DNA from: Yuukianura sp. NJ FZ-2021
Lineage: Eukaryota
Assembly (NCBI GenBank): GCA_046563655.1
Contig: CM102290.1
Location: 3,162,001-3,226,000 of the forward strand
Length of the DNA: 64,000 nt
Direction of reading: 5' to 3'
The notes below the pieces were generated by a model. It saw nothing but the letters and a program-made list of their open reading frames with translations. It was not told where the DNA came from and searched no databases. Both the position numbers and the translations under genes were made by a program. This document shows, one piece after another, positions 22,376 through 33,028 of the stretch. Positions within the stretch are counted from its first letter, which is position 1; each line of letters starts with the position of its first letter.

Positions 22376-23276
22376 TTTGACTCTTTTCCAAAAAAATTAT
22401 AACCTTGATTTTATGAAGAAAATGTGAGTTTGAACTCTGAAGGTCGATCTGACAAACTCAATTGACCTTTTAGATTCAACTCTACATGTATAACCTTGAC
22501 TCTTTTACTTTATGTACAACGGTGACTGAATAACTTGACTTTGCATGAGTAACCTTGATTGAACTTGAACTGTGTCGTATTAACGTGACTAAATCTTTAG
22601 ACTGCATGAATAACCTCAAATAACCTTGTTGTAACTGTACTGTATGTTAACAACTCAACTGAAACTGTAGATTTGCTTACGAACACGAAATAACCTTGAT
22701 TTGACCTTATATTCTGTGACTCTGCTAGTTCAGTGTGAATAACCTTGTATTACGTTCGACTTAACTTTGCAACTATGAAACTGACTCGTACTGTGAACTT
22801 AAACTTCATAAGTTACTGTATAACCTTGAATTTAAATCATTTGTCTCTCAATATGCTAATTCTGTTAATTAACTTTGCTCTGGTACGTTATTTGTCGTAT
22901 CTTGTCTCTATATACACTCATATGACGTTATGCACATTTCACATGTAACCTTGAAATCACGTCACAACTCTAGTTCATTGACTCTACTTTGCATAACTAA
23001 CTCGTACTACGCGATCTGCTTCATGTCTTTGACTTATATGACCTCAGATTTGACCTTGGACACACTGGAGGGACATTGTTATGCACATCGTCCCTTTGAC
23101 TTAGACTACATTTCACATACCTTCCTTATGAGCGATGTAAGATGCTGAGATGTACAATTGGAGCTTCAGCGTAGCGTAGATCAGCGTTGAAGTGGAGTAG
23201 TGAGTGACCTCTGACCTTCTGATGCGTAGTTTGATGATTTAGTAAGGACTTCAGACTGAAGTTGGAGGTTCCGTAA

Positions 23277-23291
23277 CGTCACAGGTCGCCA
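23277..23291 (-). other. Primer-binding site, probably tRNA-Arg type
   Basis: TGGCGACCTGTGACG lies one base after the 5' LTR. TGG complements the tRNA CCA end, and TGGCGACC resembles tRNA-Arg-primed gypsy-group elements. Confidence 0.8.
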
Positions 23292-23292
23292 A

Positions 23293-23553
23293 TGTGAAAC
23301 AAACGATCCTCTCAACCAATAAGAACCTGAAATGAGGCACACAGAATAAGATGCTGGATACTGGTTTATTGAAAGATAAACCAGTCAATCAATAATAATA
23401 CTAATATATATAAAATATGATACAAATGTTGATCCTGTGTCCTGTGTCCTCTCTCCTCGCCGTCCGCTCCAGGAGTGAAGCTGCTCCGCTCCGTCTTCCT
23501 CCTCTGGCGCTGGATCTGCTGAGTTGGGTGGTGGGGGGTGATCCTCCCTCACA
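23293..23553 (-). repeat. 5' LTR
   Basis: Same 261-bp sequence as 17910-18170, followed on the minus strand by the PBS. Confidence 0.96.
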
Positions 23554-23764
23554 AGAGAGTGTACTGTTAAGTCGAAATGTCAACCGAAATTTTGCCAATG
23601 GTATGCTGCTTTATCAAATTTCAAAATTTTTGCGGTGTGTAGATTGGGTATGAATGTAGTATTTCGTTTTTTTTCCCGCTATTTTTAGAACAAATGAATG
23701 GAACTATACATAACTGTTTACTTCATACAAAAGTACTAATACTTGGACAACAATGGATGAGCAT

Positions 23765-23931
23765 TGCTATACTGTCCAGAGGCAGGCCACCCCTTCCACC
23801 CCCCTCCCCCTCCTCGTCCCCCCTCCGAACTTTCTGGAAGGTTCTGCTATACTGTCCAGAGGCAGGCCACCCCTTCCCCCCCCCTCCCCCTCCTCGTCCC
23901 CCCTCCGAACTTTCTGGAAGGTTCGGCTATA
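23765..23931. repeat. 80-bp tandem duplication, C-rich (G-quadruplex-prone on minus strand), each unit with a heat-shock element
   Basis: TGCTATACTGTCCAGAGGCAGGCCACCCC... starts at both 23765 and 23845. Several runs of 4-9 C. Confidence 0.9.
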
Positions 23932-24037
23932 TCGAAAACCGATCATAGCCAGTAACAGTCTCCATTGTTTTCCATATAGCAGTCGCTGCTTAGAAGCAGT
24001 AGAATCACTGTCCTTCTAGAACCTTCTCGAAGGTTCT
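23826..24037. promoter_or_regulatory. Cluster of three perfect heat-shock elements (inverted nGAAn arrays)
   Basis: GAActTTCtgGAAggTTC at 23827-23844 and 23907-23924 (4 units each), and TTCtaGAAccTTCtcGAAggTTC at 24014-24036 (5 units). Confidence 0.7.
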
Positions 24038-24204
24038 CGTTGCGATGTCGTCGGTCGCCATTTTGAAATCCCGCAGTGATTCTTAGAAACCCGGCCTGGG
24101 TAGACGTACTTTACGTTCCTCGCAAAAAAAACCGCAAAAGTTTCTCTTTTTTTTGCAACACCGTGCAAATTTCGTTTGTGCGGAACAATTTGTGAGCGAC
24201 CAGT

Positions 24205-24885
24205 GTCAATGGACAAGGACGACGGATGACATGGACATACTCACGGTGGACAAACTGTAAAGTTCAAGGGCCCTCACTGTTACCTGGATATTTCCGAAGA
24301 CTTCAAGACCCGACGTCGGTAAGTTGCCAATTTTTTTTTTTGTTTAGCTTATCCTTTCCTATCGTAATGGTTGACTTCAACTTTTGCGAAGTCAATCTCT
24401 GCTTGACCAATCTTCAATGGACAAGGAAGGACGACCTGGGATGCCCTAACAGTAACAGTACTCACCGTGGACATACTACAGAGCTCAAGTGCCAGGACTG
24501 GAATGTGGATATTTGCGAAAACCACCACACGGCGGCAAGTTTTTGGCAACTTCATTTCAGCTTCTCTTTTCCTATCACAATCGCAATGTTTGACTTCTTT
24601 TTGCGAAGTCAATCTCTGCTTGACCAATCTTCAATGGACAAGGAAGGATGACCTAGGACACCTTAAGTACTACCTGTGGACAACCTACAGAGCTCAAGTG
24701 CCAGGACTGGAATGTGGATATTTGCGAAAACTATGAAAACCCACCAGACGTCGGCAAGTTTTTGGCAACTGTGGATGTCAGCTTCTCTTTTCCTATCGCA
24801 ATCGCAATGTGTTTGCGTTCTTTTTGTGACGTCAATCTCTGCTTGACCAATCTGCAACGGACAAGGAAGGATGACCTAGGACACC
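24205..24885. repeat. Diverged ~220-bp tandem repeat (about 3 copies)
   Basis: GTCAATCTCTGCTTGACCAATCT...GGACAAGGAAGGA recurs near 24390, 24608 and 24830. CTACAGAGCTCAAGTGCCAGGACTGGAATGTGG recurs near 24476 and 24685. Confidence 0.8.
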
Positions 24886-24888
24886 AAA

Positions 24889-25375
24889 GGCTCTTTTGAT
24901 AAGTTTTTCGCTCTGTTTCCTCTTACGTTTCACATCTCTCACGGTAGATTCAAAATTTCACGCCAAGTTTTCTGCCATTGTTACCGGCAAAAATTTGAGG
25001 CGATGTTCACTCCAAGTCTGTCGCTCAGTTCAAGGCCTCTGGACTCTGCCAAATCCGCTACTTTGTTCAACAGTTCTTTATCGACTCGGCGCAGAGAATC
25101 CAAGTGGAAGTTGACAACAGCCGAGAGACATTTGATTGCAAGTTCAGCGTAAAGGGGAGAGTGGACGTGCTTGTTCCAGTGCTGGAATCATTTGATGAAC
25201 GTAGGAAACCGGAAGTAGCATAATGCTTTGTTCCAACTCTACTGCCTTGATAGTACTTAAACTTAGCACTTTGGTCATGAAATCATTCAGTGTCTCAGCA
25301 CCGTAGGCTTGCAGGAGAGGGTGTTCGTCGGCACTGTCTTTGAATACATCAAGGAGCTTCGATGAGTTTGTCAGC
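24889..25375 (-). pseudogene. WDR3/Utp12 (Dip2) C-terminal-domain fragment, frameshifted
   Basis: After an AG acceptor: ADKLIEA/LDVFKDSADEHPLLQAYGAETLNDFMTKVLSLSTIKAVELEQSIMLLPVSYVHQMIPALEQ/ELAIKCLSAVVNFHL...DRLGVNIA/LKFL...*NFESTVRDVKRKRKQSEKLIKRA. At least 3 frameshifts and a stop. No WD40 exons upstream. Confidence 0.8.
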
Positions 25376-25926
25376 CTGTTCAGACCAAATTCGAAATTTT
25401 CAAAAAAAAATCTTTTCTAGAAGTTGCAAATTTTGGAATTAGTTTTTGGAAATTACCATTTTTTCAGTATCAGCTGTTTGTAGACTTGGTAGATTTGGAT
25501 TTTTAGTGATGGCTTCTTTCTCCATGTCATCTCATCTTCCCTCTCTCGTTCTCGTTCATCTTTTTCCAAACACGAATTAACTGTTAAGGTGTGATTTGTG
25601 TTTCCGATGCACGAATATGAATAATAACAATTTGAAAGTAAACATGATAAGCACATGGAGCAACCAATCGGGTATGTCTATTCCTCCGAAAACCAGATAT
25701 TTCAGACTGCCGATTCGCAGGTTTTTACGAGTGTTATATTATAGGCATTATGTTACGAGTGTGGATAATATTTTTATCCGGTTTTATCCATAGGGACGGT
25801 TTTAGAAATCATGGGAAAAAAACTTGAAAAAATAAGGAATTTGAAATAGCGAATAGTCACGTCAATTTGCAATTGTGTAACAGGTCAACCAGGCATTTCT
25901 TTTCTCAGATTTTCAAAATTTGGGAT

Positions 25927-28656
25927 TAATTTCGAATTTAGTTTTTGGCAACTCGAATCTCAACTTAAAAAATTTACTTAACGTATCCGAAATTTCTTAA
26001 AACGTAAAAAGGGAAAACAATTCCTTTCTAAATAATATTTCTAAATTTTTTACTAAACCTTCTCTGCACCATCACTTAGGAACACATACTAAATCCCACA
26101 ACCGAAACCTACGGAATCACTTCTTGACGAATGTGTCCATGCACAGATCGTTTCAAAGTCTCAATCCGCATTGGTTCGGGGATGTGGTAAAAAACTTAGT
26201 CCCTGTGTCTCTTGCTTGAATGCGCAGCAGAAGTGTTATTATTAGAGTTAACGAGACTTGACTTGACGTTTAACGTGACTTTCGGTTTTTTTCTATACGC
26301 TGGAACATACGGCATTGTAGTAGATTGGGCGCGAGGACGGATCGAGGCTTGCAAGTAGCTGTTCAGGTGACACAGGGCAGGGAGGGGTGTGAATCTCTCT
26401 CGGTAAGTCCGGAGTGTGCCAGTTCGAGTGAACTGGGGCCGGAATCTCGAGCGTAGTCATTGACTAGTCCTCTGTCGTATGTATCTTCGTGTAGACTAAT
26501 TCCGAATTTCGTTTTTCACAACTCGAATCTCAACTTAAAAAATTTACTTAACGTAGCCGAAATTTCTTAAAACGCAAAAAGTGAAAACAACTCTTTTCTA
26601 AATAATAGTTCTAAATTTTTTCCTAAACCTTCTCTGCACCATCACTTAGGAACACATACTAAATCCCACAACCGAAACCTACGGAATCACTTCTTGGCGA
26701 ATGTGTCCATGCACAGATCGTTTCAAAGTCTCAATCCGCATTGGTTCGGGGATGTGGTAAAAAACTTAGTCCCTGTGTCTCTTGCTTGAATGCGCAGCAG
26801 AAGTGTTATTATTAGAGTTAACGAGACTTGACTTGACGTTTAACGTGACTTTCGGTTTTTTTCTATACGCTGGAACATACGGCATTGTAGTAGATTGGGC
26901 GCGAGGACGGATCGAGGCTTGCAAGTAGCTGTTCAGGTGACACAGGGCAGGGAGGGGTGTGAATCTCTCTCGGTAAGTCCGGAGTGTGCCAGTTCGAGTG
27001 AACTGGGGCCGGAATCTCGAGCGTAGTCATTGACTAGTCCTCTGTCGTATGTATCTTCGTGTAGACTAATTCCGAATTTCGTTTTTCACAACTCGAATCT
27101 CAACTTAAAAAATTTACTTAACGTAGCCGAAATTTCTTAAAACGCAAAAAGTGAAAACAACTCTTTTCTAAATAATAGTTCTAAATTTTTTCCTAAACCT
27201 TCTGTGCACCATCACTTAGGAACACATACTAAATCCCACAACCGAAACCTACGGAATCACTTCTTGACGAATGTGTCCATGCACAGATCGTTTCAAAGTC
27301 TCAATCCGCATTGGTTCGGGGATGTGGTAAAAAACTTAGTCCCTGTGTCTCTTGCTTGAATGCGCAGCAGAAGTGTTATTATTAGAGTTAACGAGACTTG
27401 ACTTGACGTTTAACGTGACTTTCGGTTTTTTTCTATACGCTGGAACATACGGCATTGTAGTAGATTGGGCGCGAGGACGGATCGAGGCTTGCAAGTAGCT
27501 GTTCAGGTGACACAGGGCAGGGAGGGGTGTGAATCTCTCTCGGTAAGTCCGGAGTGTGCCAGTTCGAGTGAACTGGGGCCGGAATCTCGAGCGTAGTCAT
27601 TGACTAGTCCTCTGTCGTATGTATCTTCGTGTAGACTAATTCCGAATTTCGTTTTTCACAACTCGAATCTCAACTTAAAAAATTTACTTAACGTAGCCGA
27701 AATTTCTTAAAACGCAAAAAGTGAAAACAACTCTTTTCTAAATAATAGTTCTAAATTTTTTCCTAAACCTTCTGTGCACCATCACTTAGGAACACATACT
27801 AAATCCCACAACCGAAACCTACGGAATCACTTCTTGACGAATGTGTCCATGCACAGATCGTTTCAAAGTCTCAATCCGCATTGGTTCGGGGATGTGGTAA
27901 AAAACTTAGTCCCTGTGTCTCTTGCTTGAATGCGCAGCAGAAGTGTTATTATTAGAGTTAACGAGACTTGACTTGACATTTAACGGGACTTTCGGTTTTT
28001 TTCCTATACGCTAGAACATACGGCATTGTAGTAGACTGGGCGCGGAGACGGATCGAGGCTTGCAAGTAGCTGTTCAGGTGACACAGGGCAGGGAGGGGTG
28101 TGAATTTCTCTCGGTGAGTCCGGAGTGTGCCAGTTCGAGTGAACTGGGGCCGGAATCTCGAGCGTAGTCATTGACTAGTCCTCTGTCGTATGTATCTTCG
28201 TGTAGACTAATTCCGAATTTCGTTTTTCACAACTCGAATCTCAACTTAAAAAATTTACTTAACGTAGCCGAAATTTCTTAAAACGCAAAAAGTGAAAACA
28301 ACTCTTTTCTAAATAATAGTTCTAAATTTTTTCCTAAACCTTCTGTGCACCATCACTTAGGAACACATACTAAATCCCACAACCGAAACCTACGGAATCA
28401 CTTCTTGACGAATGTGTCCATGCACAGATCGTTTCAAAGTCTCAATCCGCATTGGTTCGGGGATGTGGTAAAAAACTTAGTCCCTGTGTCTCTTGCTTGA
28501 ATGCGCAGCAGAAGTGTTATTATTAGAGTTAACGAGACTTGACTTGACATTTAACGGGACTTTCGGTTTTTTTCCTATACGCTAGAACATACGGCATTGT
28601 AGTAGACTGGGCGCGGAGACGGATCGAGGCTTGCAAGTAGCTGTTCAGGTGACACA
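25927..28656. repeat. Tandem array of a 570-bp unit, ~4.8 copies
   Basis: AACTCGAATCTCAACTTAAAAAATTTAC recurs at ~25950, 26520, 27090, 27660 and 28231. Units are nearly identical and contain no ORF of 60 aa or more. Confidence 0.97.
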
Positions 28657-29134
28657 CGGCAAATGAAAAGCCTAGTAGTTATTACTGTAATGTCTGTAGT
28701 GTGAGCGGGATTTGAAAAGCGCTTTTATTCTGAGGATTAGTGTATCCTCAGTTTGGCCGGTATGCTCAGCATGTGTTTTGTTTAGTACCTCCATTGAAAA
28801 AGGAATCAAATGGGAATGCTTGGTGCCTCGTGCTATCTTCTAACCATCGTGCCAATTTCTTTACGTGTGCCGGTGCCGGTCACACGTTAAAACGTTGCAG
28901 AGAAACATCGATACTTTAATTAATACTGGTATTCTGTTAAGACGAAGCTCGTATGTTTGTTTTCTGGTTTTCGATTGATCAAGGTCTACAAGGTTAACCA
29001 GAGTTCACAAGAAGCAGAAAGGTAACGCAACATACCATGCGATAAGTTACCTATCAGTAATTATGGACTTTGACGTAAACATGTAACCCTTCATCTCGCA
29101 AATGTCATTAAGGTAAACTCACATACCAAGAACT

Positions 29135-31818
29135 ATGCACAAAGCAGCGAAGTTGCTGCGGAAAGACTTCAAGGAACCTGGACTAATCAGCACACCAGTT
29201 GAACCCTCATTGCTTGTACATCAGTTTAAAGATGAGTAAGTTAGTGATTACTTGAAAATTGAGACTGATTAAAAGATTAAATCCTGATAATAAAGTCATA
29301 ATGTTAATAGTTATGATGATATTTATGTATTTTCAGGATTGTTGCGAAAATCCGTAAGAAGCCTGTTGTATCGATTATTGGTCCGACCGGATGCGGAAAG
29401 ACAACACAGGTACCACAGATGGTGCTTGATAGTGGACTTAGTAGAGGGAAAATGGTGGCGATTACTCAGGTGATTAGCATCACTAAGTTAGAATTAGCCT
29501 TCACGCGAGTAATGGTTGAAGTCTCAAGTGTTGGTTGGGTTTCCTAATTTCTAGCCTCGCAGGATAGCAGCGATTAGTTTGGCCAAACGAGTTGCTGAAG
29601 AACGAGGGGAAACCATTGGCGAAGGTGTTGGTTACGCGGTGCGCTTCGAAGAATGTATCTCTCCGCAAACAAAGTTGAAGTTTGTTACTGATGGTCTCCT
29701 TTTGAAGGAGGTCCAAAGTGATAAGTATTTGTCCAAGTATTCAGTTGTTATTATGGATGAAGTACACGAACGCACCTTGAATACGGATCTACTTCTGTCC
29801 GTTCTGTGTAAAGCTGGTGCAGAGCGTAATAGTGGCAGTGCAAAGCAATATGGACCACTCAAGGTGGTTATTATGAGTGCAACATTGGACATGAGACATA
29901 TTACGAACTTGTTCCCTGAGTAAGTACTGACCGTTGTTTTCTATCATATACCTTTAAAGTTAACTTTTAATTGGGTATTTCTTTTTGTTACTTCATGGAA
30001 TCCAGGACTGACGTGGTTTCACTCGACGCCGTTGGCGGAGTACCTGTAAAGTCAATGAATGAAGAAATTCAAATTTTCAATTTGAAAACGGAAAACGCAG
30101 AGTACGTTACTGGTATGATTTCCAAGATCTGCGAGCTCCATGCCGTTGAACCAATTGAGTAAGGCTAAAACCCAAGAATTTAAATTTTAACAACGTTTGT
30201 AGATTTTCATGATACCTACTTGTTTGTTTATAGAAATCACATGTTGGGATTTGTTCCTGGGAGGGAAGAAATTTCCACGATTGTGGCGGTGCTTAAGTCC
30301 TATAATTTGGAGAACATGGTTGTCCTACCGTTGTATGCAGCACTATCACATGAAGCGCAACTGAAGGCTATTTCTGAGAAAAAGGAAGGACATCGACGGG
30401 TTGTCATCAGTACCAATATTGCTGAAACAAGCTTAACTATCCCGGGAGTTACAATTGTCTTTGACTCTGGATACGTGAAACGCAAGTAATTTGAACTCCA
30501 TATAGAGCAAATGATTAATTGATTGTACATGCTAATCTATATCGTGTTTTTTAGAGTTTCTATTACTCAAACGTACGAATCGCTACAAATTATGAGGATC
30601 TCAAAAGCTGAAGCCTTTCAGCGAAGTGGTAGAGCTGGTCGTGAACCTGGTCGGCAAGGGACGTGCTACCGGTTCTACACGAACGAAGAATACAATGACT
30701 TTTATAAATTCCCTGCTGCAGAAATTGAGTACGCCAACATTTCCAAAATCGTTCTCATGATACTGGGCCTCGGCGAAACTCATCCATCTCAGTGGCCTTG
30801 GCTGCAACAACCAAATGAAACTGTAAGTTTATAGTAGTTGGATTTTAGTGGTCTTTTACACTCCAGTGTGCCTTATCGACGAGTGCGTGGCGTCTTATAC
30901 GCTGGCAATTAGGGTATCTCAAAAGGTTTTGTAATGAAAGATCTGTGTTCGTGTGTTCAGACGTTTTGTTTCCTGGTTTTTAGGCGTTAGCGCTGGCCCT
31001 GTTCGAGTTGAAGTGCTATGGTGCAATAACTTCCACAACTGAACCCATCACTCTCACGAAAGAAATGGGTCGATACATGGCTTTTGCTCCAGTTGACCCC
31101 AAGTATGCTGCTCTTCTTATGGTGTCTATCAGGGAAAATTTGTTCCATGAGGCTTCGGCTGTCCTTGCAATTCTATCATCAGAGCCATTCCTTATGCAAT
31201 GTAACGAAGCAATTCAGAAGAAACGGGAGGTGTTCTACTCTGGTGAAGGTGATCTTGTGTTTTACTACAAAATTCTAACAGCCTTCCGAGCCTCAAAAAA
31301 CAAAAAGGAATTCTGCCACACGTACAAATTCAATATCCGGTAAGCATGTTTAGCCAATTGCATTCAATAAGTGTACCGAAATAACAATAACAATTTTGCG
31401 TTAATGCGATTCCAGAGCCCTGCAGTTTGCCACGAAAGTTAGAAAACAGCTTTACCATTACGTACTCAATGCTATAAATAGTCATCCTAACGCTGGTTAC
31501 GATTTGAACAAGAAAACGGATCCATCCAGGATGAGCGAACTGTTGCGTCGTCTATTTGTGAGGGTACTGCCATATAATGTGGCCATTTTGGATGATGACG
31601 TCTACAGAACGCGGAGAGCGGATCGGCAGTCAGTAGAAGTCAAAATACATCCAAACTCGTGTATGATTGGAAAGAAACCACGCGTGGTCCACTACTTAGA
31701 AATTATACAACTGGGAGGAAGTGTCAACTACATTAATCATGTTGGACCAATTGAAAGTCACTGGGTACCAGAGGAAGCTGATATAGTTCATCAACACGAT
31801 GCAATCGTTAGGTCGTGA
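29135..31818 (+). CDS. DEAH/RHA-family RNA helicase, divergent DHX33-like (8 exons, intact)
   Basis: GPTGCGKTT, TQPRRIAA, DEVHER, MSAT, STNIAETSLTIPG and QRSGRAGR motifs, plus HA2 and OB-fold regions (FYSGEGD, VKIHPNS). All seven introns are GT-AG and keep frame. PLKVVIMSAT and ISKAEAFQR favour DHX33. Confidence 0.88.
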
Positions 31819-31829
31819 ACTACTGTTTA

Positions 31830-32558
31830 CTGTCCCTCAACTCCTAACTTCATACCGTCTCTTTGAGCAATCGTGGGTGGTCCTTTTTCTCGAAAAATTG
31901 AAAACCCTTTTCTTATCGCTTTTTCGAGCTCGAGCCTCACAGTTTATCTGCAAAAATGTTGATTATGCAAATGCGGTACCGTGAGGATCCCTGTGTAGAA
32001 GACCTGTGGCTGTTATTTATGAATTAAATTAGCGGAATTAAAAAATTGCACTAATTTGACTAAAAAATTACCGTAAATGCATAAGAAAATTATCAAAATA
32101 AAATGGAAATACTTCCACACATATTCAATACTTTGAAAAAAAATTCCCTACTTCAAAATATTTCAACAGTTAAAAAAATTCGATATTACAAAAAAATAAT
32201 ACTTTAAAAAAATCAACAACTGCAAAACTTTCACTTAATTTCAAAATTCTAAGTATTCAATATGTATGGAAGTATTTCCATTTTATTTTAATTGTTAATT
32301 TTCTTATGCATTACGGTAATTTTTTAGTCAAATTAGTGCAATTTTTTTAATTCCGCTAATTTAATTCATAAATAACAGCCACAGGTCTTCTACACAGGGA
32401 TCCTCACGGTACCGCATTTGCATAATCAACATTTTTGCAGATAAACTGTGAGGCTCGAGCTCGAAAAAGCGATAAGAAAAGGGTTTTCAATTTTTCGAGA
32501 AAAAGGACCACCCACGATTGCTCAAAGAGACGGTATGAAGTTAGGAGTTGAGGGACAG
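31830..32558. mobile_element. 729-bp fold-back element with ~300-bp inverted arms and TA TSD (Tc1/mariner-type non-autonomous)
   Basis: TA|CTGTCCCTCAACTCC ... GGAGTTGAGGGACAG|TA. Arms are essentially perfect for more than 240 bp, with an AT-rich spacer. Confidence 0.9.
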
Positions 32559-33028
32559 TAAGTCAAGCTCCCAGACATGCGATGTCTTTCATGTTGTTTA
32601 AATAACCATAGACGTTGAAAAGTTGCATTTCATAGCATATTTTTTATACGCAATATTTTACAAACAGTGAAAGAAAAGTTTTAAAAGTTCATCAGAACGT
32701 TTTCTTCCGAACAGAAATTATTAAAAAGTTTGGTACACATTTTTAAGTTGAGTTTCTTAACGTACTATCAGAACCCAATAACTTCCCTTAATAACAAAAA
32801 TTATTTGCAATATTCCTATTTATATACTAATTTATATAAAATTTACAGTTTGAATGATTGATTAAAATTGGTTAAAATTTTATGGGTTGTTTAGCAAATA
32901 ATTTGCAAATTATTAATATCAACGTGACTTTAGCATACGAATTTACGAGATTGTGAAACGTTAACAAATCGTCGTAACGTTTCTGAATTTGCAGAATTTT
33001 TTAACTTGAATTGTTAAAACTTTGTGAG

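Larger units (their letters stand above)
17910..23553 (-). mobile_element. Non-autonomous Ty3/gypsy-type LTR retrotransposon (5644 bp), recent insertion
   Basis: Two 261-bp TG...CA LTRs that look identical by eye, and a 4-bp TSD AGAG (17906-17909 and 23554-23557). PBS, PPT, intact gag, decayed RNase H then integrase remnants (gypsy order), and an extra 3' ORF. Confidence 0.96.

Noticed and set aside
25927..28656. CRISPR array, rDNA/5S, snRNA or telomerase RNA repeat
   Set aside because: Eukaryotic context with no repeat-spacer pattern. No recognisable rRNA or snRNA motifs, and no CCTAACC-type template.
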